The translations under genes were made by a program, and so were the position numbers. The notes below the pieces were generated by a model. The model was not told the origin of the DNA, made no database searches, and saw nothing but the letters and a program-made list of their open reading frames with translations. DNA of 14,814 nucleotides from Acaryochloridaceae cyanobacterium VAR_48_metabat_390 (lineage in GTDB: Bacteria > Cyanobacteriota > Cyanobacteriia > Thermosynechococcales > Thermosynechococcaceae): NCBI GenBank assembly GCA_031422435.1, contig JANPLU010000040.1, positions 1 to 14,814 on the forward strand, in the 5' to 3' direction. The stretch's first letter is position 1, and every line of letters starts with the position of its first letter. Positions 1-7,540 of this stretch are shown piece after piece.

Positions 1-57
1 AAAGCGTTCGTAAAGAAGGGCTTGCTTGTCTGCTTCTGAGAATTCGATGGATAGCAT
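1..57 (-). CDS. IS630-family transposase, N-terminal 19 codons (partial, runs off window)
   Basis: Reads MLSIEFSEADKQALLYERF. This resembles the N-terminus of cyanobacterial IS630 transposases as I recall it (M.x.EF(T/S)EE.K.AL.YERFHHPHPRVQ). It is preceded by GTGAGG-N6-ATG and is too short for the ORF track. Confidence 0.75.
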   Translation of the reverse strand, partial: MLSIEFSEADKQALLYERF

Positions 58-139
58 GGGGCAACCTCACTATCAATAGGGGAATCTCAGTACACTACAT
101 CCAGTTCTCGGTAAGCTCAAGCTATGAACGTGCAAAGTA
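1..139 (-). mobile_element. Left end of an IS630-family insertion sequence (continues beyond window start)
   Basis: The minus strand reads TA|TACTTTGCACG... from 141, matching a TA target dinucleotide (140-141) followed by a TAC-starting end, typical of IS630/Tc1. About 80 bp inside is a GAGG RBS and an ATG at 57 starting an IS630-like transposase. Confidence 0.75.
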
Positions 140-213
140 TAATCTAGGCAAGAAATAAGATTAGAGCTTCACATGTCAAGTAATTGCTTAAAGTCATGAC
201 GAACATCTAGGCA

Positions 214-272
214 CTGTAAGATTCAATTTTGTTAGCATTATTTTATATAAAGCTGTAAGATTAATAGGTTAG
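214..272 (+). repeat. Imperfect direct repeat CTGTAAGATT..AAT..GTTAG (two copies, 39 bp apart)
   Basis: CTGTAAGATT is exact at 214-223 and 253-262. Each copy is followed by AAT and then GTTAG (231-235, 268-272). Confidence 0.6.
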
Positions 273-543
273 TGCAACCAAGATGAAAATGAGTTTGAGG
301 CACTGGAACTCTTGCAGAGCCATTTACTTTTTAGGTATCAAAGAACTTCGTATTTATCGGCTGATTTACAGTATGATCTAAGAAAAATATCTAGTTTCAG
401 TTATATCTTGAGAGAAGTTCATTTTATTCTGGCAATAGCTCTACTATTAACGTCAAAATACTAGAAAAGGTTAGGCCTGTAAGGAATAAATATAGTTTCA
501 TTTTATTTTTTGTAATGACGTCTGGCAAATAGCTTATCTATCT

Positions 544-1548
544 ATGGTTATGAAAAGTAATAAATCTATTGTCATCTTAGGCTCTTTAAATGCTAAAGAG
601 GAAGACAGAAATCTATGTAAAGAAGATTTAAGATCTGTCCAGCTAATTTCGAGGGATGGAAATTGTCAGGTTAATTTTTTTAATGATTTTGGTTCCCTTG
701 GAATTAGCTCTCTAGCCTGGAGTACCGATGATGAAGCTAAGCTCATATTCACCACAGGCAGTAATTTGTATTGCCTAAATTTAGAAACGCAATCTGTTTC
801 TGAACTCGCAATTCCTGATTTGCGGGATATTCACGAAATTGTATATGTCAAGAGCAACCTATATATTGCTAACACTGGATACGATGAAATCATTTGCTAT
901 TCCCCAGAAAAGCATGAAGTTATTTCACGCATATCACTTTCAAAGTTTAGAGCTTTAACCTCGAATAATAATATTAACAACATTGAGGAAAATAAAAAGG
1001 ATACTTTTCACTGCAATCAATTTTTCAAAGGATTGGAGGGAGATGACTATGCTTTAGTTCACAATGTTTCTGGAAAGCAGGGATTGCGAAGAATAGCAGA
1101 TAAAATCATTAAAATGCAAGGTAATGGTGGGGTTATAAATCTTACTAAAAATGAACCAATCGTTCTTGACTTGAAAGGCCCACACACTGCAAGAATACTG
1201 AACGAAGAAATCTGGATCTGTGACAGTGGAAACTCAATGATAAAAATTTACAACAACTTATGGAAAAAAACCGAAGAGATAAGAACACGAGGCTGGGGCA
1301 GAGGAGCCGTTTTTGATTTAGAGTCGGATACTTACTTTGTAGGGATATCTGCATTAAGGAAAAGATATTTAAGTCAAATTATTAGTCAAATTGACGGCAA
1401 CGTAAATTTATCAAAAAACTATGTCCAAGAAATATCCATATCTAAACGAGTTGAAACTCACCTTCATGAGATTGAATCTATTGAGCAAATTAATAATGTA
1501 TATCTCCTCAGTGAATATCAAGTAGAACGGTTAAAGATACTGGCTTAG
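544..1548 (+). CDS. DUF4915/TIGR03032-like beta-propeller protein (start 544 or 550)
   Basis: 334 aa with repeated short beta-strand blades. Motifs DIHE..LYIANTG, DTFHCN, GPH.AR...EIWICDSG and GWGRG......YFVGIS..R follow the order I recall for DUF4915 (DiHe..lwfvNT, DrcHLNG, mPHSPR..lw..sG, GftRGl...fVGlS..R). No signal peptide is evident. Confidence 0.65.
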   Translation: MVMKSNKSIVILGSLNAKEEDRNLCKEDLRSVQLISRDGNCQVNFFNDFGSLGISSLAWSTDDEAKLIFTTGSNLYCLNLETQSVSELAIPDLRDIHEIVYVKSNLYIANTGYDEIICYSPEKHEVISRISLSKFRALTSNNNINNIEENKKDTFHCNQFFKGLEGDDYALVHNVSGKQGLRRIADKIIKMQGNGGVINLTKNEPIVLDLKGPHTARILNEEIWICDSGNSMIKIYNNLWKKTEEIRTRGWGRGAVFDLESDTYFVGISALRKRYLSQIISQIDGNVNLSKNYVQEISISKRVETHLHEIESIEQINNVYLLSEYQVERLKILA

Positions 1549-1873
1549 AAGGACCAGGTTTCTTATATTTAATTTTCATACTCTGCTACAACATTCTCAA
1601 GGCATTTGAAATCTCTAAGATATGTCTGACAAGTTAAACCCAAGCACTGAAAGACTTATTTCAGCATTGAGCTATAAAACTGAACCCTCACTAATCCATC
1701 ACTCTCTGCACCTTGCAGACACTCTATAGGACTTAAAACTCTTACAGGGGAGTATTTTAAAACTACAGAGGACTAAACATTTACAATTGGTTTAGTACTA
1801 TCCTAAAAAATAGATAAACTTCTAAGATCAATTTTTTAGAAAGACTTTAATTATGATATAAAAAGTTTCTACA

Positions 1874-1902
1874 GCATAAATTCTACCGCCGTAGAATTTT
1901 GC
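1874..1902. promoter_or_regulatory. Inverted repeat/hairpin upstream of the GT2 gene
   Basis: AAATTCTAC (1878-1886), loop CGCC, GTAGAATTT (1891-1899). The stem extends by GCA/TGC around a single bulge. It is immediately followed by a -35-like TTGACT (1903-1908). Confidence 0.45.
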
Positions 1903-1921
1903 TTGACTAAAATCTACATTA

Positions 1922-1938
1922 TACACTTAGTAAGTGTA
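1922..1938. promoter_or_regulatory. Perfect 8-1-8 palindrome, candidate operator
   Basis: TACACTTA-G-TAAGTGTA ends 26 bp before the GT2 start codon. Confidence 0.45.
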
Positions 1939-1964
1939 CGCAGAAAATCACGTTACTTATAAAC

Positions 1965-2963
1965 ATGCAAAATACTCAATGTGAAACCTCTATTCTTATT
2001 CTTAATTGGAATAACTATAAACTTACATTAGATTGTTTAGAAAGCTTGTTAATTCTTAACTCTAAGAGTTATAAAGTAGTTGTGTGTGACAATAAGTCAT
2101 CTGATGGATCTTTCCAAGAATTTATAAAATGGGCATTAAGAAAGCAAATTAATATTCCTAATTTCTTTCAAATGATAACTGCTGATAATATTTTCTCCAA
2201 TGAGTTTGACGATCAAGGATCTTTAATTACATTTATTCAGAATGGATCAAATGGAGGATATGCTGCAGGTAATAATATAGGTATACAATACATACTAAAA
2301 AATACAAAGTCTTTATATATTTGGTTGCTTAATAATGATACGGTTGTTCATCCTGACGCACTCAAGTTTTTAGTGGAGTGCGCTGGGAAAGATAGAACTA
2401 TAGGAATATGTGGGTCTACCATATTAAATTTGGATAGTACGGATCGGATACAAGTGTTGGGCGGTGGAAAATATAATAAGCTGCTAGGGACAACAAAGAA
2501 CATAGGTCAGGATACAGTTTATAGAAAAGGCCATATAGATACTTCAGAGATTTTAGCGGAAATCGATTATATATATGGCGCATCAATGCTTGTCAGTAGA
2601 GAATTCATTGAAGAAATTGGATTACTTTGCGAAGATTATTTTTTATATTATGAAGAGCTTGATTGGGCATATCGAGCAAAAAATAAGTTTAAGCTTGATT
2701 ATGCTCCTGAAAGTATCGTATATCACCGAGAGGGTTCTAGTATAGGTTCTAGCTATAATTTTAAAAATAGAAGTTCGACCTCTGAATTTTATTCACTAAG
2801 AAATAGAATCATATTTACATCAAAATATAATCCCATATTTTTAATCACTGTTTATATAAGCTTGCTAGCAATCATATTTGTTAAACTATTTAGAGGAAAT
2901 TATAAATCATGTAAGTATATTATTATGCTGCTGTTTAATCCTACCTTGAGGATAGTTCCCTGA
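1965..2963 (+). CDS. Family 2 glycosyltransferase (WbbL/rhamnosyltransferase-like)
   Basis: Motifs ILILNWN, VVVCDN.S.D, NGGYAAGNN, WLLNNDT, GASMLVSR..IEEIGLL.EDYFLYYEELDW and IVYH..GSS. Confidence 0.93.
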   Translation: MQNTQCETSILILNWNNYKLTLDCLESLLILNSKSYKVVVCDNKSSDGSFQEFIKWALRKQINIPNFFQMITADNIFSNEFDDQGSLITFIQNGSNGGYAAGNNIGIQYILKNTKSLYIWLLNNDTVVHPDALKFLVECAGKDRTIGICGSTILNLDSTDRIQVLGGGKYNKLLGTTKNIGQDTVYRKGHIDTSEILAEIDYIYGASMLVSREFIEEIGLLCEDYFLYYEELDWAYRAKNKFKLDYAPESIVYHREGSSIGSSYNFKNRSSTSEFYSLRNRIIFTSKYNPIFLITVYISLLAIIFVKLFRGNYKSCKYIIMLLFNPTLRIVP

Positions 2964-3505
2964 TTACTAAGAAAGGAAATTTAAAATTAAGTATTTCAAA
3001 AAAATAATTATACTCAAACGCTTCAGATAATCGATGTTATAATTTTGACACACCTAATTCCTGAAAAAAATTTTTCCTAACAAAACATCAGAATTCATCC
3101 TAAATTCTATTTTCTTAGAAGATACATAGCTCCCTAAAATTCTGAAGCACCTATGGTTTTAAAACGTACTCATTCAGAGGTTTTTTCAAACTTACTTACA
3201 TTAATCATTTGACTCCAACCAAGACTCTAGAATCTCGAGTCTACGTTATCTATCGACCATAATCTTAACAACATAAATTACACCAGAATATTTACTCCGC
3301 AAGGTTTTCACGAGTCCTTTAGATCGCCAGTAGTTTTCAAGTGGAACATGTTTAAGCTACGTAGAGTTGATTCTCGTTCAAAGACATAGCAAACTATTTT
3401 AACCATTTATAAGCAAGTAAATACTGAAGCTATTAATTTAAAATAAAGAGTATTATACATAATCAATTTAAGTATTATAGAAAACTAGTTTTTAATTAAT
3501 GCCTT

Positions 3506-4729
3506 ATGAGCAGTTTACCAACCGTATGTTTTTTGTCAGCACATTTACCATCGTCTGATTCAAAAGAAGCAGGCCAAAGAGTGGCATATCAGCACTTAGA
3601 ATATCTTAGTAACTCTTTCGATGTCCTACTCCTATCTTTTGCTAATAAACGTGAGCTAGAAAATATTGATCCAAAATTGTACGTGTTATGTAGTGAAGTA
3701 AACATATTTAGCATTAACACTCCAATTCGTATCTTTAACCTGCTAAAGTCTTTTTGGCTACCCATTTACATATCTATAAGATGTGATTCTAGAATTCGAA
3801 AAAAGCTATTAGAAATAGAAAGCAGTTTTGAAGATCTATATTTGTGGGCTGAATATTCTCAAATGTCATATTATTTAAATTTACCCTCCACTCGTAAACT
3901 ACAATCAGTTTTAGTGGTTCATGATGTCATAACTCAACTTTTTGAAAGAAAGTTAGATAATACTCATGTGCTCCTCAAAGTATTTTATTCATTTGAGATT
4001 TGGAGAACAGAGAAATGGGAGACAATAAGTTTTCAGGCCATTAATAAAATATTAGCGCTATCAAATAAAGACAAAGAAATTTTAATAGAGCACTTAGACA
4101 ATAAAAGAGCATATGTGGATATACTATATCCAAAAGTAAATAATCTTTGCAAAACGAAAAAATTTGATATTACTAGCAATTCGCCAGAAATTTTATTCTT
4201 TGGTGCAATGAATAGATATGAGAATGAACATGGCATAAAGTGGTTTATCAACAATGTTTGGCCTTCATTAAGGTTGAGTCTTCCTACATGCAAGCTTAAT
4301 ATAGTTGGAGCGCGTCCCTCCGAAAGCTTACATAAATTTTGTGAAGGACTAGATGGTGTTGAAATATTTGGATTTGTTGAGGATCCTTCAAAATTATTCA
4401 GTCAAGCGTGGTTATCTATTGCTCCAATACAACTTGGAGCCGGTGTAAAATTGAAAGTTCTAGAGTTGTTATCATACGGGGTTCCAGTTGTAGCTACTAC
4501 AATTGGTGGAGAAGGAATTACAGCGACTGAAAATGATGGATTATTAATCTACGATGAATTGGAACAGTTTACGAGTGCATGCATATCACTTCTTTCAAAT
4601 AAAATGTTATGTGAAAAACTCGGGAAGTCTGCACGTATGTGGTTTAATAATGTCTATAAATCCTTAGAGGTAAATGAGCATAGAGTGAAATCCCTAATGA
4701 TAAATAATGTGACGACAAAAGACGATTAG
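3506..4729 (+). CDS. Family 4 (GT-B) glycosyltransferase
   Basis: C-terminal Glyco_trans_1-type region: ILFFGAM.R.EN..GI.WF...VWP, L.IVG..P, GFVED, IAPIQLGAGVKLKVLELLSYGVPVVATTIGGEGI. N-terminal VVHDV motif. Confidence 0.92.
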   Translation: MSSLPTVCFLSAHLPSSDSKEAGQRVAYQHLEYLSNSFDVLLLSFANKRELENIDPKLYVLCSEVNIFSINTPIRIFNLLKSFWLPIYISIRCDSRIRKKLLEIESSFEDLYLWAEYSQMSYYLNLPSTRKLQSVLVVHDVITQLFERKLDNTHVLLKVFYSFEIWRTEKWETISFQAINKILALSNKDKEILIEHLDNKRAYVDILYPKVNNLCKTKKFDITSNSPEILFFGAMNRYENEHGIKWFINNVWPSLRLSLPTCKLNIVGARPSESLHKFCEGLDGVEIFGFVEDPSKLFSQAWLSIAPIQLGAGVKLKVLELLSYGVPVVATTIGGEGITATENDGLLIYDELEQFTSACISLLSNKMLCEKLGKSARMWFNNVYKSLEVNEHRVKSLMINNVTTKDD

Positions 4730-4759
4730 TAGGGCAAGGAGAGCATTAGTCTTCCACAG

Positions 4760-5548
4760 GAGTACTAAAGTGATGCTCTATGCTTAATCCAATAATAAAT
4801 ATTTTTGTGTAGTAATGCTAAAGCCAATAGACATTATAGAGTGGCGAACTACCCTATCCTCAATACTATTGCTGTAAGGGTTGGCATCAAATTTTGTCAG
4901 GTTACTTTGACAGTCTTTATTATCGCCACAAAGTGAGTGTCAGGCATAATTCAACAAGTTTTGCAATTCCACAGCGAGGGAAATAGTTTGTATGGGCTTA
5001 GTTGCTCTTCTAACAATGCCCCAGCTCAATCCGTCGAAACACAAGTAGTCAGTGCGGCTAATAAGTGGTCATTTGTCACGAAAACAGAAGCAATGCCTCC
5101 CTGGAAAACTAGCAGAGGTGATGGGTTAATGAAGTTAAGCTTGGCGAATTCAAGTGGATTTATGCTATCTCCACAAACGTGCAAGCACACCGATAAGTTG
5201 ATTGAGAGGTGAATCGTGAATAGAGAAAAAGAAACAAATTGCAAACAGTGAAACAGGGATGATTGAGGAAGCTATAAGTGAGTCCTGCATCCTGAAATCC
5301 CTCGGAAAAGGCAAAACGCCACATTTGGAGCGCATTAATGAGATTATTTGACAGAAAACAGGACAATTGTATCGTGGAAAAACTTTAAGAATCGCAGGAG
5401 TAAACAAAAGCGGCGCCCAGATTTATTGTAGGTACCCTAACTGGATTTGGGGCATGGTCGATTCAAGACCATAGCAGCTCCAACTAATTCTCGCAGGATT
5501 TGGAGCGATCTCCTAACATCTATAAATAAGCCTTAGTATGCCGCCACC
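4760..5548 (+). mobile_element. Decayed IS1-family element (boundaries approximate)
   Basis: Less AT-rich than the flanking genes and contains fragmented insA/insB reading frames (see pseudogene entry). Terminal inverted repeats are too degenerate to place exactly. Confidence 0.75.
4802..5536 (+). pseudogene. IS1-family transposase (insAB) pseudogene with many stops and frameshifts
   Basis: Stitching across frames gives FLCSNAKANRH, YYCCKGWHQ...FDSLYYRHKVS (4906-4938), IQQVLQFHSEGNSLYGLS, VETQVVSAANKWSFV, then NRSNASLEN* overlapping KQKQCLPGKLAE, then LSLANSSGFMLSPQTCKHTDKLIER*IVN...NCKQ*NRDD*GSYK*VLHPEI, GKGKTPHLERINEII*QKTGQ, NWIW (5439-5450) and HGRFKTIAA. This is colinear with cyanobacterial IS1 transposases as I recall them (FDTLYYRRQV, HSEGSSLRG, SADELWSFVKK, GKHTDELIE, DDWGGYERVL, GKDKTQRLERTNG, YFNWIW.HSR). 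Confidence 0.85.
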
Positions 5549-5608
5549 CATCAAATGATTAATTAATATCATTTGATATCGACCTCATTATCAAACAATT
5601 AATTTAAC

Positions 5609-6910
5609 ATGCCTTTAACTTTTTCTTCTAGCATAAAATTATTAAAATTTTCTAACATACTATTTTTCTCAACAGTTTTTTTTCTGTTTTCACGAGGATT
5701 GATTCAGTTACTTCTAGGAAAACAAATAGCATATTTTTTACAGGTCTTAGTATTAACTGGGTTTTACCTATATCTTTTTACCTCATCTAGGCTAATCAAG
5801 AGAAGTACATTTTCACTAGCTATCAGTATATTCCTTTTGTTTTTAGTTTCTTGCGGATTATCAGCCATCTTTACCATCATCTTTTCCAATTTCCATGAAT
5901 CCGCTATCTACTTATCCGTTACATTATTTATATCTTTAAATATGGTTTTAGGAAGCATTTTTCGCATAGAGTATTTTCGCAAAATTAACATTGGAATTGT
6001 TTTAGGAACTATGATATTCTTACTTGTCTTTATTGCTTTTGCTCAGCAATATGGCAATACTTTTACTAATTTACCTGGATTCACGGAAGTGTTTGACGGT
6101 AAAGTTCGTCCGCCATCTTTAACCGGAAGCTACCTTCACTATCCACTTGTGTTGCCAGTTCTAAGCTTTATTGTTTTACAAATATTTTTTATTGAGAAAA
6201 GTTATTTTCTTCTTGCATCTGCTTTATCTGGGTTTTTAGGAACCTTCTTGAGCTATTCTCGTTCAGGTATGATGATAATAATTGGTACACTTCTTTGCTT
6301 CATACTTATTTCTGTTTTTAGGAGAGAATCTTACGTATCTAAAAATTTATCAAAATTTATTGGCATTGTTATAGTAACTTTTTTTGTCTCTTTAATACTT
6401 TTCTATCTCAAGCCAGACTTACTCGTTAGACTATTGAGTGCACTCGATCTTAATTCTTCAGGCAATGATGCCAGAGTCTCTGTGTGGTCTAAAGGTATAA
6501 GTTTGTGGGCAGACTCACCAATAATATTTGGGGCGTACACTGGGCTTATTACAAATTCTAGTTCAAATTTTGGTGTTGATCAAGCTACGATTGTTGAGTC
6601 TGGACTACTTCAGCAGCTACTGAATTTTGGGCTCCTAGGTACCCTCCTATATTACTTTTTTCCTGTTTTGATTTTCTTTAACATCAGATCTCATCATATT
6701 TGGCTTAGGTCTTGTCTAGTGGCCTGCGTTTTTCAAACTTTTGTATATCAATCCATTGAGGTGCTGCCTTATATGGTGATTGTCTCTTTTATGCCCCATA
6801 TTTCTTATGCATTTAACCCATATAATGGCTATCAATTTTCTGTAGCACAGCAAAAAAGGGTGAGCAGTGATTCCACCACAGAGAAAAGTGGTGAGCATCG
6901 TCCGCAATAA
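5609..6910 (+). CDS. O-antigen ligase-like / Wzy-type polysaccharide polymerase (Wzy_C domain)
   Basis: About 10-12 hydrophobic segments. Motifs VRPPSLTG, LSYSRSG, loop S.SGNDAR.SVW..G...W.DSPIIFG and ESGLLQQLLNFGLLG. Lies downstream of glycosyltransferase genes. Confidence 0.8.
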   Translation: MPLTFSSSIKLLKFSNILFFSTVFFLFSRGLIQLLLGKQIAYFLQVLVLTGFYLYLFTSSRLIKRSTFSLAISIFLLFLVSCGLSAIFTIIFSNFHESAIYLSVTLFISLNMVLGSIFRIEYFRKINIGIVLGTMIFLLVFIAFAQQYGNTFTNLPGFTEVFDGKVRPPSLTGSYLHYPLVLPVLSFIVLQIFFIEKSYFLLASALSGFLGTFLSYSRSGMMIIIGTLLCFILISVFRRESYVSKNLSKFIGIVIVTFFVSLILFYLKPDLLVRLLSALDLNSSGNDARVSVWSKGISLWADSPIIFGAYTGLITNSSSNFGVDQATIVESGLLQQLLNFGLLGTLLYYFFPVLIFFNIRSHHIWLRSCLVACVFQTFVYQSIEVLPYMVIVSFMPHISYAFNPYNGYQFSVAQQKRVSSDSTTEKSGEHRPQ

Positions 6911-7148
6911 ATTAGATTGCATATCGCATTGTTAGTAATTGTGCACAACGTAACCCAGTTCCCAAAATTCCTGGTTTTGTAGCAGGAATAGCCTTAGGGA
7001 TGAAATAAATTCGCACAAAGTTGTAAATTAACCAAAACACATCGAGGGTTATTTTTAGGTTTTCTCTTAATTTTGCGTCGGTTTTAGCTTTGCACCGAAA
7101 AGCTGTAGTGAAAGGCTTCTAGGTATTGGCATGGATTCCTTGCTGTGT

Positions 7149-7446
7149 CACCTTATGAACTGTTTGGGGAGGTTCAGGGACAGGCGCTCGTATTTTTGGC
7201 GTTGACGCCTTAGTCGCTTTTTAGAGCCTTTGAATTACGTTGAACCCTGACGCCTTTGGACAGTCCCTGGAGGAGGATGTTCCTGCTCACAAGTGCGGAT
7301 GACTTCATGGCAAATTTCAAATAGCAAGTTGCCATAACAGCGTCTTCATCAGTGAACAGACTCAAACTCCCCGTTTGCTCAAGGAATTGAGCAAAGCACT
7401 CTAACACCTCATTAAACAGGTGATTGTCTTTGCGACGACAGTACAA
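7149..7446 (-). pseudogene. Possible relic of a transposase C-terminus (IS4-like?)
   Basis: GC-richer than the island. Broken minus-strand frames read ...FNEVLECFAQFLEQ... and RCYGNLLFEICHEVIRTCEQEHPPPGTVQRRQGST*FKGSKKRLRRQRQKYERL, a basic tail loosely like cyanobacterial IS4 transposase ends. No catalytic motif or inverted repeat was seen. Confidence 0.3.
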
Positions 7447-7540
7447 TTCCGAGAGGAATAGGCTTTCTCTCCATCAGATTGACTTGGAGGCAGCTGACCA
7501 GACCAACAGTGTCTAACTTTTCCCTCTTTTAATAAAGGCC

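Noticed and set aside
1622..1729. 35-aa ORF MSDKLNPSTERLISALSYKTEPSLIHHSLHLADTL
   Set aside because: No clear RBS or recognisable motif, and it overlaps a palindromic element; probably chance.
1878..1899. TTCTAC-N4-GTAGA hairpin resembling a Cas12a crRNA repeat stem
   Set aside because: Single copy, no repeat-spacer periodicity, and no cas genes in the window.
4937..5407. ORFs 4937-5212 (+), 5026-5244, 5160-5366 and 5165-5407 (-) as real genes
   Set aside because: Explained as a fragment and antisense shadows of the IS1 pseudogene.
5676..5683. T8 tract early in the Wzy-like gene as a phase-variation site
   Set aside because: Short homopolymers are expected in AT-rich, Phe-rich coding DNA, and the frame is intact.
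7210..7446. 78-aa minus-strand ORF as a functional gene
   Set aside because: TTG start and no recognisable domain; more plausibly part of a decayed element.
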